Shown here piece after piece: positions 39,836 to 52,758 of a DNA stretch of 64,000 nucleotides. The notes below the pieces were generated by a model. That model was not told where the DNA came from, made no database searches, and worked only from the letters and a program-made list of their open reading frames with translations. Numbering within the stretch: position 1 is the stretch's first letter; each line of letters begins with the position of its first letter. Source of the DNA: Lama guanicoe (taxonomy: Eukaryota); NCBI GenBank assembly GCA_013239625.1, contig MU053513.1, positions 1,910,927-1,974,926 on the forward strand, in the 5' to 3' direction. The position numbers and the translations under genes were made by a program.

Positions 39836-40454
39836 CAGTTTTTGTAGTTTCCTTTTCCCTGTAACTTTTCAAACTTGTCTTTTATTCTTATTGTCTTATT
39901 GTCTAATATGTCTAATTATTCTTATTCTTCGTGTCTAGTTTTCTTGTATGCTTGATAATTTTAAAATGTGAGCTGTTCCCTTTCTTTGGAAAATTATGTT
40001 AGTGACCTTTGAGGTCTACAATAAAGATGTATTCTTCTGGAGAAAAGTGCATGTACTTCTGTGGGTATCTTGGTGGGGCATGGGTGTGTGTGTACCATTC
40101 CAGAGTCACTGCTTTGTACTTACGGCTTCAGTTCTTTAGACTATCTTGTAGTAATAACAGCTTTTTATGGTTGAAATGTTTATCTGCTTCATTCCTCGGT
40201 CCCAAAGAAAGTCTCGTGTGGATGGAGGTGAGGGGTAGAGTCACAACTTGATGCGAGAGGTTCCCCTATTAGACTTGCCACCTTGTTGGCTTTGTCTTCT
40301 GTTCCCTGGCTAAGTGAAGTACCTGCCCTCAAGGCCAGAGCAGTTCTGTGCTCCATTTGACTCTCCTGGTTTATGCCTTCATGTAAATTTTGGCCTGTAA
40401 ATAGAAGTTTTAGTATCTTATGGGTTCTTCCATACTTTTAAAATAAACAAAGAT

Positions 40455-40597
40455 GGGGGAAGGTATAGCTCAAATGGTAGAGCACATGCTTAGCATGCAC
40501 GAGGTCCTGGGTTCAGTCACTAGTATCTCCTCCAAAAATAAATAAATAAACCTAATTACCCCCCCAACAAAAAATTTAAAATAAACAAAATTAAAAA
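40455..40597 (+). mobile_element. tRNA-derived SINE (Vic-1-type)
   Basis: gggggaaggtatagctcaaatggtagagcacatgcttagcatgcacgaggtcctgggttc...aaataaacctaattacc. Confidence 0.9.
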
Positions 40598-41920
40598 AAT
40601 AAACAAGTACATGACTTTTTCTTTGCTTTAAATTCAACATTTTTAGTTGTTTTCAATACAGAATTGATCTTTATACCTGGAAAACCATCCTTTCAGAAGC
40701 TCTGAGGTATTAGTTTCTGTCTTAAGATGGAATTTCATGAAAGTCTTTTTGATTACTCTCTAATGACTTCTGGATTTTCATAGAAAGTGAAAGAGACCAT
40801 TTGTAAATTATTGCATTTGCAGTGAATTACTGAATTTGCAAATCCTATAATTTCAGTGTTTCAAACTCTTTGTTAAAGAAGAGAAAAGTATTATGTTATA
40901 TAGCTCCTGTTTTACTGAATAATTTTTTAAAATGTGTGTTCTACTAACATAAAATAATTTCTATTTAATCATGTTTACACATGGTGAACTCAATATTGTG
41001 CAGGTCGTAGAAACACCACATTTAGTTGAAATAATGGTGTAGTTAGAGTTAATTGAGGCCCTTCCCCCAACAATTGTTTAACCCTGATAGGTTGATGAGA
41101 TGGAATTTATTGTTTAAATTTAATTAAAATGTTACTGTTATTCTTGAGAACAAATTCACTTTACATAGTTTTGAAAATAAAATCCATAATAAATTTTCCT
41201 CCTTTTATTTCCTTCTTCTCCCAGTGCATATAAGTGTGCATTTATGCACATGTGCACACATGCAAAAACATTGGTTAACATATCTGATTGCAAGTTTTTC
41301 TATATCCCTTTTCCTTTTCTTTTTGCAGTGTAGTTAAACTGATACATTTACGTTATGTCACCTTCCTCTAGCTTTTTTTTTCAGTGTGTTTAATCAAGCT
41401 TCGTGTTTGAGCTAATAATAATCATGCTGCTTTTTCTCAGTAGCAAAGAGTATTGAATAGCTTCTTCAGTACTCAGTTTTTATTGTAGAAAATTATAAAA
41501 GTTAGGAAAGATAAAAGAATAGTTAAGCATATGTATGCTCTTTAGCTAAATTCATTGTTAACAACTTAAAATTTTGTAACATTGTTCTCTCCCTCTTTCC
41601 TTTTCCCCTCGCCTTCCTTCCCATCTAATACACTATAAACCTTTCCTTTTTGCTAAGCCATTTTAAAATGTGCTGTAGACTTAACATCCTTATACGTCAG
41701 TATATCTCCTGAAAACAAGACATTCTGCTGCATAACCTCGAATATGTCATTCCATCCCAGCAGTTTGGCATTGATACAGATAGTAATCTCATATAATCAC
41801 CGACTGTAATAAAATTTGTCCATCTATACCCCAAATGCAACCCCCACCCCCCGCCGTGGGATCTTAACTCAGATAATGCATTACATTTAGTTGTATGTTT
41901 CTGTATCTTTTAATCTAGAG

Positions 41921-42114
41921 CAGGGCTTTGCAGACTTTTTTCTAAAGGGTCAAATAGTAAATATTTTAGGCTTTGGGAATCAACTCCACTTTACAGCTAC
42001 TCCACTCTGTCATTGTAACTAGTAGGTAGCCATAGACATATAAACAAATGAATGTAGCTACACTGCAGTAAAACTTTGTATAAAAACCTGCAGGCCATAG
42101 GTTGAAGACTCCTC
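41921..42114 (+). mobile_element. MER58A-like hAT element inside an old L1 fragment (~41480-42260)
   Basis: aaagggtcaaatagtaaatattttaggcttt hallmark; imperfect 8-bp TSD atctagag/atctagga. Confidence 0.8.
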
Positions 42115-43019
42115 ATCTAGGATAGCTTTTGTTGGGAGTAGGGGGTGGGGGGATCTTTAATGACACTATTTAATGACTATTTGAAGAATCAGGCCAATTT
42201 TGGGGGCAGAATGGTCTCAGTCTAGATTTTTTAAAAGTTTCCTCATTAGTTTTTTAAAATTAAACTTCTAGATTGCTAATTCCTTGGTATTCTCTTTCAG
42301 ACATCAGGGCTTTTACCTATGTACTCTTGCATATTAATGCTTTTAAATTTACAGGAGTGAGTAAAGGATGCAAGAGGACTTGGAAAGGCAGTGAAAATAA
42401 CTTACAGATTTGAAGAGTATTTATACTTTAGCAAAATGTAATTCCTTAATATGAATGCTGAGGTTGTCTTTATGTTGAAGACATGAAACAAAATTAGCAA
42501 TTCTTTACCACAGATAAGCTTACTGTTCTTAGCATTGGATTCAGCTTTATAAATAGATAATAAAGAATTTTGATAGATTTGATACAAACTTGTCCATGTG
42601 GGGAAGCTATATAACTATACTTGCATCCATGCAAAACTGTACACATTTTTTTTTGTCATTCTGTTCTTTTCTTGGTTCAGTAAATAGCAGAAGTGAAAGT
42701 AGCATGTTTAACTGGAGTTAAAGAGTTTCAGAATTTTTAGTGCTTGAATTTCCTTTAAAGAGCTCTGTGAACATCTATGGTGATGGGGTGCTATCTTACC
42801 ATCCTTTATTGATTTTGACCAAGACAAGGTTTTCTTCATATTGTGCCTTTATCACAGTTTCATTCTAGTTTGACCCTTTATACCTTGTAAAACAAGTCTG
42901 TTTCCTTTTTCACTTAGTAGCATGTTAAATAAAGAATGAAATAATATTTTATTGGAGGTTTCTGTTTGTTGGCTAAATAGTCTCAGAGTCTTTAACCATT
43001 CTTCACATCACATTGTGGA

Positions 43020-43190
43020 ATAAATTGGCTGACATGATCTTGGCAAGTTATTTAATCTGTACCTTGGTTTACTTATCTGTGAAATAAGGATAGTGGTACC
43101 TATCTTATAAGTTTGTTGTGAGAATTGTATTATTAGATGATATAATACATATAAGACACATTCGGTACATGTTGGACACTATTGTTATCT
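43020..43190 (+). mobile_element. MIR
   Basis: gatcttggcaagttatttaatct...ttatctgtgaaataaggatag. Confidence 0.65.
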
Positions 43191-44864
43191 CTTGTTACAC
43201 TGTTTCTCATCTGTCTTGTCTGATTATGAACCTGTTTGTCTCTCAAAGCAGAGCTGAATACAGTAGCAGGTGTTTTCCCATTAGCTCAGAAAGAGTGTAG
43301 TGGTCACATCCCCCATTAATTTGAACTAAAGTTGGAGTTTTCATTTTAATTCATTGTAGAGAATTTCAAACATACAAAAAAGTAGGCAGACTAGTATGAC
43401 AGACACTCACATATCCATCCTCCGCCCCAATAACATGGCCAAACCTGTCCCATTCTTTCTTTACTCCCTCTCTGGTGGAATTGGAGTGCCTCTGTTAAAC
43501 CTAAGCTCCATCCCTGATTGACTTTGATACTTACTAAAGCTTTTAAGAATAGTGCCTTATTCTCTTAGTAAATAATTGTTAAATTAATGAAGAAATGAAT
43601 CTTGCCTCAATTAATGCCTAGATCAGATTTCAGTAGTTTGCTTTTGGAGGTGAAGTGAGTGGGTGGGTAGGACTGAAAATAGATTTGTCTGTATCATACT
43701 ATTTTTTAGATATGGCCCCAGTATTTTATTCTTTCTATTACTGTTTAAGGATATGTATGGTTATTTTACTGGTAATTTAGGAAATTATTCAAATTAGCTT
43801 GTCTTGGAGACCTAAATTCAACACTTTCTTACAGTCTTTTCACGTATTCTAGACTTTTAAGTCTTCACCAGTGTTTATCCTAGGCTTTTGAATTTGATAA
43901 TCATTTTATCTTGATTAAAGAGAAGCAAAATGGGGGGTGAAGAGTTACACTTTCTTTGTCATTTCTGTTGGAATTATTTTTTAAAGTCAGCATCGTTGTG
44001 GAATAATTTACATACAGTAGACATTGTTAGAATCTATTGGCTTCAAATACAGGCCTTTCTTCCCGAAGTCAGTAACTGACTAGCGTTCTTTTTTAAGCCT
44101 CTGCTTGTTTTCTCCTATAACTATTCTTACTTGTGTGTCATTAATTATAACTTGTTTCCAGCAGTTTGCTGAAAGTTTAACAGACCCATAATCATTTTTA
44201 TATTGATATACAGAAGTGTGTATTTCCTAATTAGAACAGGGGTCTGTCAAATAGAGACACCATGATATGTTTTTGGTGGCTCAGCTAAGTAGGGTACGAG
44301 TTCTGGAGGTGAAGTAAAGCGGTTAAGAGTATTGTATTGCAGATAGGATAGGTTCTAGTACTCGGCTCACTGTTACCACCCTGAGGTTGAGTCTGGGCCA
44401 GCCTGCCCGTTAGAAACCACCAGCACAGTTTGCACAGGGTTTGCACACTCCATACACCTCGACACAAGCAGGCTTGTGACAGTGAGTTTAGAATTAACCT
44501 CTTTGTCTTATCTAGGAGTGACTTAGTAGCTCTTGCGTTCCAGTTCAGTTCTAACTTTTAAATGAAGTATCTCTAGCTTGAGAGGAGTCTTACCCTTCAG
44601 TGTGAGCAGTTTTTACTTTAATTATTAAACATTTCATCAGGAATTAGTTAGCAAGGGACTTGAGAACAAGAATAAAGTATGTTTTAGGCAGGAGGCTGAG
44701 GAAGTGTTTTGATAGAGAATGCCATGTTGCAGTTATGCCATGGCTGCGAACCCCAAAATTACATTGTTTTACCTTTGAAAATTTTCTTTGTTTGCTAACT
44801 TTTGGACTTAAAAGTTTCAGTATACTTTTTGATTGCATGGAAGAGCTGTTGATTGAATATTGAA

Positions 44865-45000
44865 CATCTGTTCATTCAAAGAATATTTATTGAGCATCTA
44901 TATGCCGGAAAGTGCGCTGCACACTGGATAAACAAAACAGTGAACTTTTCAGATATGTTTGCCATTACGGAGTTTACAGTCTAGTGGAAAACAGAATGAA
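44865..45000 (-). mobile_element. L2 3' end
   Basis: ttcattcaaagaatatttattgagcatctatatgcc...ggagtttacagtctagtgg. Confidence 0.65.
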
Positions 45001-45935
45001 ATTTTTTTGAAGCCATAAGGAAAAAATTGTGCTTCACTAATACTTTAAATACCTCGTGACTTATTTTGAAGTGAACATGGAGCAACTTATTCTTGATTAT
45101 TTTTGCAAAATGTATTTGAGCATTCAGGGCTATTGGGCTAATTGTTTACATATGTGTATTGATATGTGAAATTAGACATTAGTCAGAGAGACAGGACAAT
45201 TTGAACGAGAGAGAGAGAGGGATTATGAACTAATTAATATACATGTACCATAGTGAAGTTTCAGAATAGTGACAGGGAGTAGATTTGTATGGGTAAAATT
45301 ATATATTAGCTGTGCCAAATAGACCATTATAGGCAGGGGAGTAAAAAATATCTTTAAGTCTTTTCTTCTGTAAAAGTATTTAATGCTTAAGAATTAACAA
45401 GAAAGTGTACTTTCTCTAGAATGGCAGTATAACACAATGAGCAAATGAGAATCATGACAACTAAGACCATGTCTGAATTATGTGACAGTGTCTTGTAACT
45501 CTGGTCAAGAAAGTGTACCTCAGATTTCTTATTCCAACAGAGTACCACAGAGGGGCTGAATTTGGGGATCCTCCCTGGTGCGAAAAATATTACGATTTTT
45601 AAAAAAAATTTAGCTGTTTCTTAATAACTTTGGTTGTTGGAAAGTCCAGATGCATTCTTATTTTCTGTACTTGTTCAGGTTTGAGAATTAAAAACTTAAG
45701 ACAGGGGAATAAGGCTTTGCTTTCTCTAACTGATACTTTCTGACTAGGTACTTCATAACTCAGGAAGACCTCATTTATTCCCAGTAATATGTTTTACTAA
45801 ACTCTTTCAGGTAACTTTACAAAGACTGTGTGACTTAATAGTAGATCATGGCTTGAACTCAGTTTTTTTTTATTGTTGCTACTAGAAAATTTTAGTGAGG
45901 TGTTTTTTGGTTTTTGTTTTTGTTTGTCTCTGTAG

Positions 45936-46074
45936 TTATCAGAGACTGTTACAGACGATTGCTGTACTCGAGGCTCAGTGTTCTCAAGCAGTCCAGGACC
46001 TGGAAAGCTTGGGCAGACACCAGAGAGAAGCACTAAAAAATCCCATTGGATTTGTGGAAAAACTCCAGAAGAAG
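45936..46074 (+). CDS. ZZZ3: ZZZ3 coding exon 2 ((D)[14 protein letters not shown]...FVEKLQKK), predicted helical/coiled-coil
   Basis: tgtctctgtag| acceptor, AAG|gtatat donor; GA+T completes an Asp codon and keeps the frame. Confidence 0.96.
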
Positions 46075-47365
46075 GTATATGTTGAGCTTTTTTTTTTTTT
46101 TTAAGATTTATTGAGATATATTTTGGTATTATTCTGGTTCGTTCTTTTTATGTAAGTATATACTTAAAAGTTTTTTTCCCTTCTGTAATTAGCCATATTA
46201 CTGAAGGCAGGATCCTGCCTTCCTTCACCCCCAGCTAACGCAGTAAACTATACCCCAGTGAACACAGCTAGGAGTCCTAAGTGGATGTTCGTAGAGGAAC
46301 TTGACGTCCTGTTCCTAGCCATTTTTATGATCTTTTTCTGTTACTTTTTTCCTTCCCTGTCTTAAGAATGTTCTCCCTCTTCTGCTTTCAGGACTTTAAG
46401 ATTAGTGGAGCTAAAAGAAAAATTTATTAACTGCTTTAGTTTAGCACTACTTTTGTATATAGAAAATGATAGTGATACAGCCAAAAACTCTGTTTTAAAT
46501 ATCTTTAAGGTTATAGTTGCCAAGTCCATGAGAATGAGGTACAGACTTTGCTTAATTTTGAAATGTCCTTTTAAGTGTAAAAATTCCTTAGAATTTTTTT
46601 TTCCTTAAAATAGAACTTTCAAATTCAGCAGTTAACCATTTGAAAGCGATTCTCAAGTTTTTATAACTTTCTTAATACAGAAACATGGAGATAATCTAGA
46701 TGTGCATTTATGGTGTAGTATATCTCTTGAATTAGGGACCCGCTAATTCAGTAAAGTTGAGAGGTATAATGTTAATCAGCATTGTATGAAAAGATTAAAA
46801 CTGAAAAACTATGTGAAAGAATCCCCCTTTTCACCTTAAAAAAAAAAAAATTTAGCCTGTATAGTGTGACAACTTAAGTATAGTTATTAGTTACTGGTTT
46901 TTAACGAGTCAGAAAAGTGGTTTGTCTAGTGTTGAGGGAACAGCCCTCGGGGCTTCATTTTATTCAGATGTATTAATTTATTATTTGGATTTTTCCAGTT
47001 ACATTATTTACTTGACAGGCATTCCTTTCACTCCATTCCTTCGGAACACTGAATGTCATAATGGATGTAGAATCCATGTACTGATTTGTTGAAACTTCTC
47101 AAGTCGGGAGGACCTCTTGTGCGCTCTGTTGCAGTGGGCCCACCCACTTAGGTGTTTATTGATTCGGCATTGCTGTTATTAAACAATTTGCTAGTGCAAA
47201 AAGATGCAGTACTTTTACAGTGTTTACTTACAATGGATTCAGCTAAAACAGATGGTATTTTAACCTTAATCTCATTTTATTCTTGTTCTTGGGTGGGCAC
47301 AAAATTGCAATTATGCAAATTTACTTGATATGCACGCAGTTGGTTATTTGATTGTTCTCCCCCCC

Positions 47366-47539
47366 TTTTTTTCTTTTAATATTTTTTGAAGAGCGATTTA
47401 TTTATTTAGTTTTTTGGGGGGAGGGTAGGTAATTAGGTTTATTTATTTATTTGTTTTTAGAGAGGGTGCTGGGGATTGAACCCAGGACCTTGTGCATGGT
47501 AAGCATGTACTCTACCACTTGAGCTGTTCCCTCCCCCCC
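47366..47539 (-). mobile_element. tRNA-derived SINE (Vic-1-type), antisense
   Basis: Reverse complement of the same family: ggtaattaggtttatttattt...ggggattgaacccaggaccttgtgcatggtaagcatgtactctaccacttgagct. Confidence 0.9.
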
Positions 47540-48301
47540 ATTCTCCCTTTCTGTGTTTGATTTAGAACTGAATTTCTTTTCACTTTATCTCAGAAACAGA
47601 GATGTGATATCGACCATCTTAAGAATTTTTTCGAAAATGTGCAGATGAATATTAAATCCCAAATACTTTGGTAATCATGAAAGACATGCTCCTTGGAAAC
47701 AAAATTTTCTGCTGGATTTAATTTAGAAGTTTGATTCTTCTGTTTTTCTTTGTTTGCCCATGTATTCTTAATTTGCCTATTTTCTTTAGGTTTACTGTAT
47801 TAAAGTTGTTGACATGTGATCTCTTTGTTTTAGTGGACATCTAAAAACTCCTAACTGAAATTAAGGAAACTTAGATTATATATCGGTATACAGAATACAG
47901 GGAACTTGAAAGGCTTATTAGCTTTCTTTGATATTACCATCATTATTGTAAAAGACATTCTCCTCTAATTTTTCAAAAGTTGAACCTTAGACTGATATGT
48001 AGTATTATGATGATGGAGACAATGTAATACCTCACAAGCAAAATAAAAGTTAAAAATTCTCTGTCACAAAGTGAGTTTTGCTTTCCAATTTCATAATTTA
48101 TGACCTGATTTTCTTAGCATTTTATTATGAGAAATGTTAAACACACAAAAAAGTTGATAGTTAACACATACATATATACTCCCTAGATTCTACGATTAAT
48201 GTTTTACTGTATTACTTCATTGTATGCCTGTCAATCCTTCTATCATTCCGTTCATTGAATTAAACTTAGTTTGTCACCTTTTTTTTTTTTTTTTTTTTCA
48301 G

Positions 48302-48449
48302 GCTGATATAGGGCTTCCATATCCACAGAGAGTTGTTCAGTTGCCCGAGATTGTATGGGACCAATATACCAATACCCTTGGGAACTTTGAAAGAGAATTT
48401 AAAAATCGTAAAAGACATACTAGGAGAGTTAAGTTAGTTTTTGATAAAG
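48302..48449 (+). CDS. ZZZ3: ZZZ3 coding exon 3 ([12 protein letters not shown]...VKLVFDK)
   Basis: poly-T + cag| acceptor, G|gtaaga donor, frame continuous. Confidence 0.96.
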
Positions 48450-48535
48450 GTAAGAAATTGCATCATAAGACTTTAAGTAGAGAAATACCCGGCAAAGTCT
48501 TGCTTTAATAATCCTATACATGGTCTTTTTTTTAG

Positions 48536-48651
48536 TAGGTTTACCTGCTAGACCAAAAAGTCCTTTAGATCCTAGAAAGGATGGAGAGTCCCTTTCATAC
48601 TCTGTGTTGCCTTTGAGTGATGGTCCAGAAGGCTCAAGTAGCCGCCCTCAG
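48536..48651 (+). CDS. ZZZ3: ZZZ3 coding exon 4 ((V)[12 protein letters not shown]...SSSRPQ)
   Basis: 86-nt upstream intron, ttttttag| acceptor (NAGNAG), CAG|gtaagc donor. Confidence 0.95.
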
Positions 48652-48749
48652 GTAAGCAGTAATAAAGTATTGGAATAAGAAAATTTGAATTGTAGACAAC
48701 CTATTTTAACATTTTACTGGTTTGTATTCTTAAAATTCAAAGTCTTTCA

Positions 48750-49270
48750 CTGTAGATATAGTGGAGACATGAACTTTGAAGTTGAGAAAAACCTGGGTTG
48801 AAATCCCAGTACCACTTACTAGCTGTGGAACTATTAAGCAGCTTGTATTGCTTACTATGTATAAGCTTAATATTAAGTTGCAGCTTATGCATTAAGTCTC
48901 CAAACCGCAGTTTCCTCTTACATAAAATGTGATTAATGTTACTCTTACGCTGTAGCGTTGCTCAGGGATTATAATAAGCAGTGTATGTCACATACCTAGT
49001 GCCGTGCCTGACACATAGTACAGTATTCAGTCTAAGAGTAAAAGCTTTTTGTGTGTAGTGGAATGGAACCGGGATTTGAGTCCTGACCTTGCTGCTGTTA
49101 GTTAGATGAACCTTGATAAATATGCGGTTCAGGATGAAAAGTAACCTTTCCTTTTCTTTAAAATGAAGTTGCTGTCATCTGTATATTACAAGATTGCTGG
49201 GAGTATAAAACCAAATGAAATAAAAAAATGTGAAAAAAAAGTTTGTAAACAGTAAATTATGTACACGTTA
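48750..49270 (+). mobile_element. Two tandem MIR fragments
   Basis: cctgggttgaaatcccagtaccacttactagctgtg ... gggatttgagtcctgacc. Confidence 0.65.
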
Positions 49271-49391
49271 AGCAAATTTACTGACATATTTTGAAATTAA
49301 CAAAAAAATCCACAATTTTTGTGTTATTTGGCTATATCAGAGGATAGTCTTTGTTTTTTTCTTTTTGACAAAAACCTTGTTTTATGTGCAG

Positions 49392-49463
49392 ATGATAAGA
49401 GGACGCCTGTGTGATGATACCAAACCTGAAACATTTAACCAGTTGTGGACTGTTGAAGAGCAG
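49392..49463 (+). CDS. ZZZ3: ZZZ3 coding exon 5 ([24 protein letters not shown]), start of SANT/Myb domain
   Basis: gtgcag| acceptor, CAG|gtaatc donor, WTxEE Myb motif. Confidence 0.96.
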
Positions 49464-50457
49464 GTAATCGATATTTCTAAATTATGTAGGTTAAAAAAAT
49501 AATAAACAGTTGAAAGAGTCAGTTTTATGGGTAAGGTGTGTATTGTTATATGTAATCTCCCTTAACCGTGAATGTAAAATATTTAAACTTACTTTTGTAT
49601 ATGTTTTTGTATACTTCAAGAATTTTGGATTCTGAGACTGTATGGGAATAGTTTTTAAAGAAGAAATCTGGGTTTTGGGAGAGGGATTGAGAAAGGTAGT
49701 GAAACAGATGGAATAAAGTTTTTGGAATGCAGCTTTGGGAGACAGAAAAACCTGGGGCCGAGTAAAGCTGTGCCTCAAAGTGAATTCTTGTTTTTGTTTG
49801 GTGGAAAGCTGACAAAGCCAAAGTCAGAGTGTTCTCCTACATTTTGGCATATAGCTAGGATTGTTTGTGAGTGAGATTTGAGACACAGTTCTGTCTCATG
49901 AGGATTAACCCCACAGCTGTAATGAGCTTACCAGTTTATAAAAAGCTTTAGGGAAGCTTCATTTCACATATCCAGACAATTCTGCATCTTTAGGGCTGTG
50001 GGCGAGTTTAGGAGTATTAAAATTAAATATTTGAATGGAGGACCACACAAAGGAGGAAAATGTCTCTTTTAGTAGTCTGTCTAAATCCAAATGAATGTAC
50101 ACAGATTTGTCAAATCCATAGTGGTGAGCCTAAACATAGTCTAGCAAGAGAACATGGTCAGTGGAACTCACTAAGATGTATAAAATATTAATTAATTAGT
50201 GTTGGAGATGGAGTGTGCTTCTTTTTAACTGAAGTAAATAGAAAATCTTTATAAGGTCTTTCATAAGTTTATTCTCTAATCTCATTTTCCTTCTGAAGGC
50301 TCAAATTCCTTACTAGAAAGTTTTCCTACTATGAGGATTTCTAGTGACCTAACCCCAAAGTTGTGCAAGGAGTATTATAGTTTAAATGAAGGGTGAATGT
50401 ATTTATTTAGAAACTCAGTATTAAACTTTCTTAAATTTGGTCTTTGGTTTGGCTTAG

Positions 50458-50559
50458 AAAAAGCTTGAACAATTACTCCTGAAATACCCTCCTGAAGAAG
50501 TAGAGTCTCGACGCTGGCAGAAGATAGCAGATGAACTGGGCAACAGGACAGCAAAACAG
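50458..50559 (+). CDS. ZZZ3: ZZZ3 coding exon 6 ([34 protein letters not shown]), SANT/Myb core
   Basis: ggcttag| acceptor, CAG|gtgatt donor, RWxKIAxxLGNRTxxQ motif. Confidence 0.96.
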
Positions 50560-51204
50560 GTGATTCAGGACATAATCCCATCTTGTTGGCAGGTTTTTGA
50601 TGGTTTTTTTAATGAAGGATAATGTAACTAAAATTACCAGATCTGCCCTATCATATTTAGCTACAGAGTGCAACAGTAAGTGGAGTTTTTAAAAATAACA
50701 TTGTATATTTTTATATTAATTTTAGAAATGACTTGATAATTCTGCTTTGGATTGTTACTAAATACTGAAAGTATTGGACTTTGTGTCTCTTGAATGTTTA
50801 ACGAGTGCACCGGTTGTGTGCTTCTTGGTTGGACTGTGCTAATTGATTTGTGATACTGCCTTAGCCAGTATTATCTGGTTGTCTTTGTAAAAAAAAAAGC
50901 ACCAGTTTTCTCCATCACATTCCCATAGATATTAATAGATGTGTTTTTATGCTATGAGTACGAGTGTTCACAAGTTGAAAATATGTGTTTAGTTTCGGAA
51001 TCAAATTTATTTTAGCAGCTTTTTGTCTAGATTTTCAAATATAAGTGTCTTTGGCAATTTAAAATTATTTCTAGATTGATGACAGATTTAAAAATGTAAG
51101 TATTCATTAAGATACACATGTATGTTTTAGTTTTTAAAAACAATTCTGGTACTGCATGTCATGTCATTCATTATGTTAAAAGGCTTGTCATGTTTCTTCC
51201 TTAG

Positions 51205-51300
51205 GTTGCCAGCCGAGTACAGAAGTATTTCATAAAACTAACTAAAGCTGGCATTCCAGTCCCAGGCAGAACACCAAACTTATATATATACTCCAAAAAG
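51205..51300 (+). CDS. ZZZ3: ZZZ3 coding exon 7 ([32 protein letters not shown])
   Basis: tttcttccttag| acceptor, AAG|gtaagc donor, phase 0/0. Confidence 0.96.
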
Positions 51301-52472
51301 GTAAGCAGAAACAGATAAAAGTAAACCTTAGGTCCTGGATTAACTTCCTCAGTCAGAATTGCTGTGGAAAAGCATATGTGTTTATCAGAACAGAGTTGTT
51401 TTATTTTTATTATTCAGCTTACTGTAAGCATTTGGTTATGTTGGGCATAACACAAGGTGGGATTCCGTTATTGCTACTCAGTGACATTGAGTGAGCTTTA
51501 ATGACAATTGTTCATTATTTTCTTAGAAGTAGGTTAGTTTGTGTGAATTAGTGTTATTCGAAAGACTTTAGACTGAGTGTACGTTAGAAAGGCCTTTGTG
51601 ATGTTAAAGTTTTTAGGATGTGCGACTCTTTAGTAAACACATTCAATTTCTGTTTTATGCACATACTGCGTAAATCCAAGAATAGAAATGTCCAGTAAGG
51701 TACTTAATCCTCACTGCAGTTGTAGAAGGGTAGGTAGGACCACCTTCACTTCACTGATGATAATAGCTAGCTGTTGTTCTTACTGTTGAATGCTCTGGGC
51801 TGGGTACTGTTCTACAACCTTTTTATAGGTGAGAAAACTAGGTACATTGAATAAGTTGTCTAATCACGTAGCTAGTAAGTCTGGGAACCATTGATCTCCT
51901 GATTCTGATCCCAGCGTTTTCCACTATTCTCTGCTGCACTATGAAAAAGCTACCATCCTCCTCCTATGTAGAACACTGCATCAAATTGTAGCCAGTTTTT
52001 TGCTTTAATTGCAAAAAAATAAAGCATGCAGTTGGCCTTCTTTCATTTCCTTAGGAAATCATCCTGATGCATCTCTTCACCCACAATTGCCATTCTTCAC
52101 ATAAAGAGAAGCTAAAAGTGTATCTAACGCAGTTCCCTTCCTTATTGAAGCTATTTTACATATTTTTACATTAAGAATGTTGTATAGATCCATGTTTTGC
52201 AAGTTTTGTTTTTATTCTTTTTACTGGGCTTTGGAAGCTTGTTTTAATCTGCCAGTTGTTTTAAGCATTTTGGATTTTTCTTCTTCCCAAATATAGTATT
52301 GTATGTGTAGAGTTCATCCTGTAACTTTGGAGTGGTGGAACTCTGATAACCAACATTCAACTTAGCAGCTCTAATTTTCATAATTTCTTAGTTCCCCTAA
52401 ATGTGTTTTACACCTTATGTTTCCACCACTAAGACTAGATGATTATAACACATGATAGCAAAAGGAATACTT

Positions 52473-52628
52473 GGGGGAGGGTATAGCTTAAGTGGTTGAA
52501 TGCATGCATAGTATGCACAAGGTCCTGACTTCAATCCCCAGGACCTCCTCTAAAAATAAATAAAACTAATTACCTTCCCCCCAAATTTTTTTAAAAATTA
52601 AAAAAATTTTTTTTAATTGAAAAAAAAA
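52473..52628 (+). mobile_element. tRNA-derived SINE (Vic-1-type)
   Basis: gggggagggtatagcttaagtgg...gcacaaggtcctgacttcaatcccc...aaataaataaaactaattacc and A-rich tail. Confidence 0.88.
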
Positions 52629-52758
52629 TACTAAACTAACCTAAATGTGTTCCCTCCTTTGGGTGTGCTGAATTTTAACTTAACAGACATTTTCAGTGTA
52701 GAGATCTAGCCCAGTCACAGACACAACGATTCCTTGCCATGGTTAGAGTTTGAATTTT

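Noticed and set aside
41224..41263. Palindromic gtgcata...tatgcac hairpin as a small RNA precursor
   Set aside because: Short alternating purine-pyrimidine low-complexity tract, too short for a pre-miRNA
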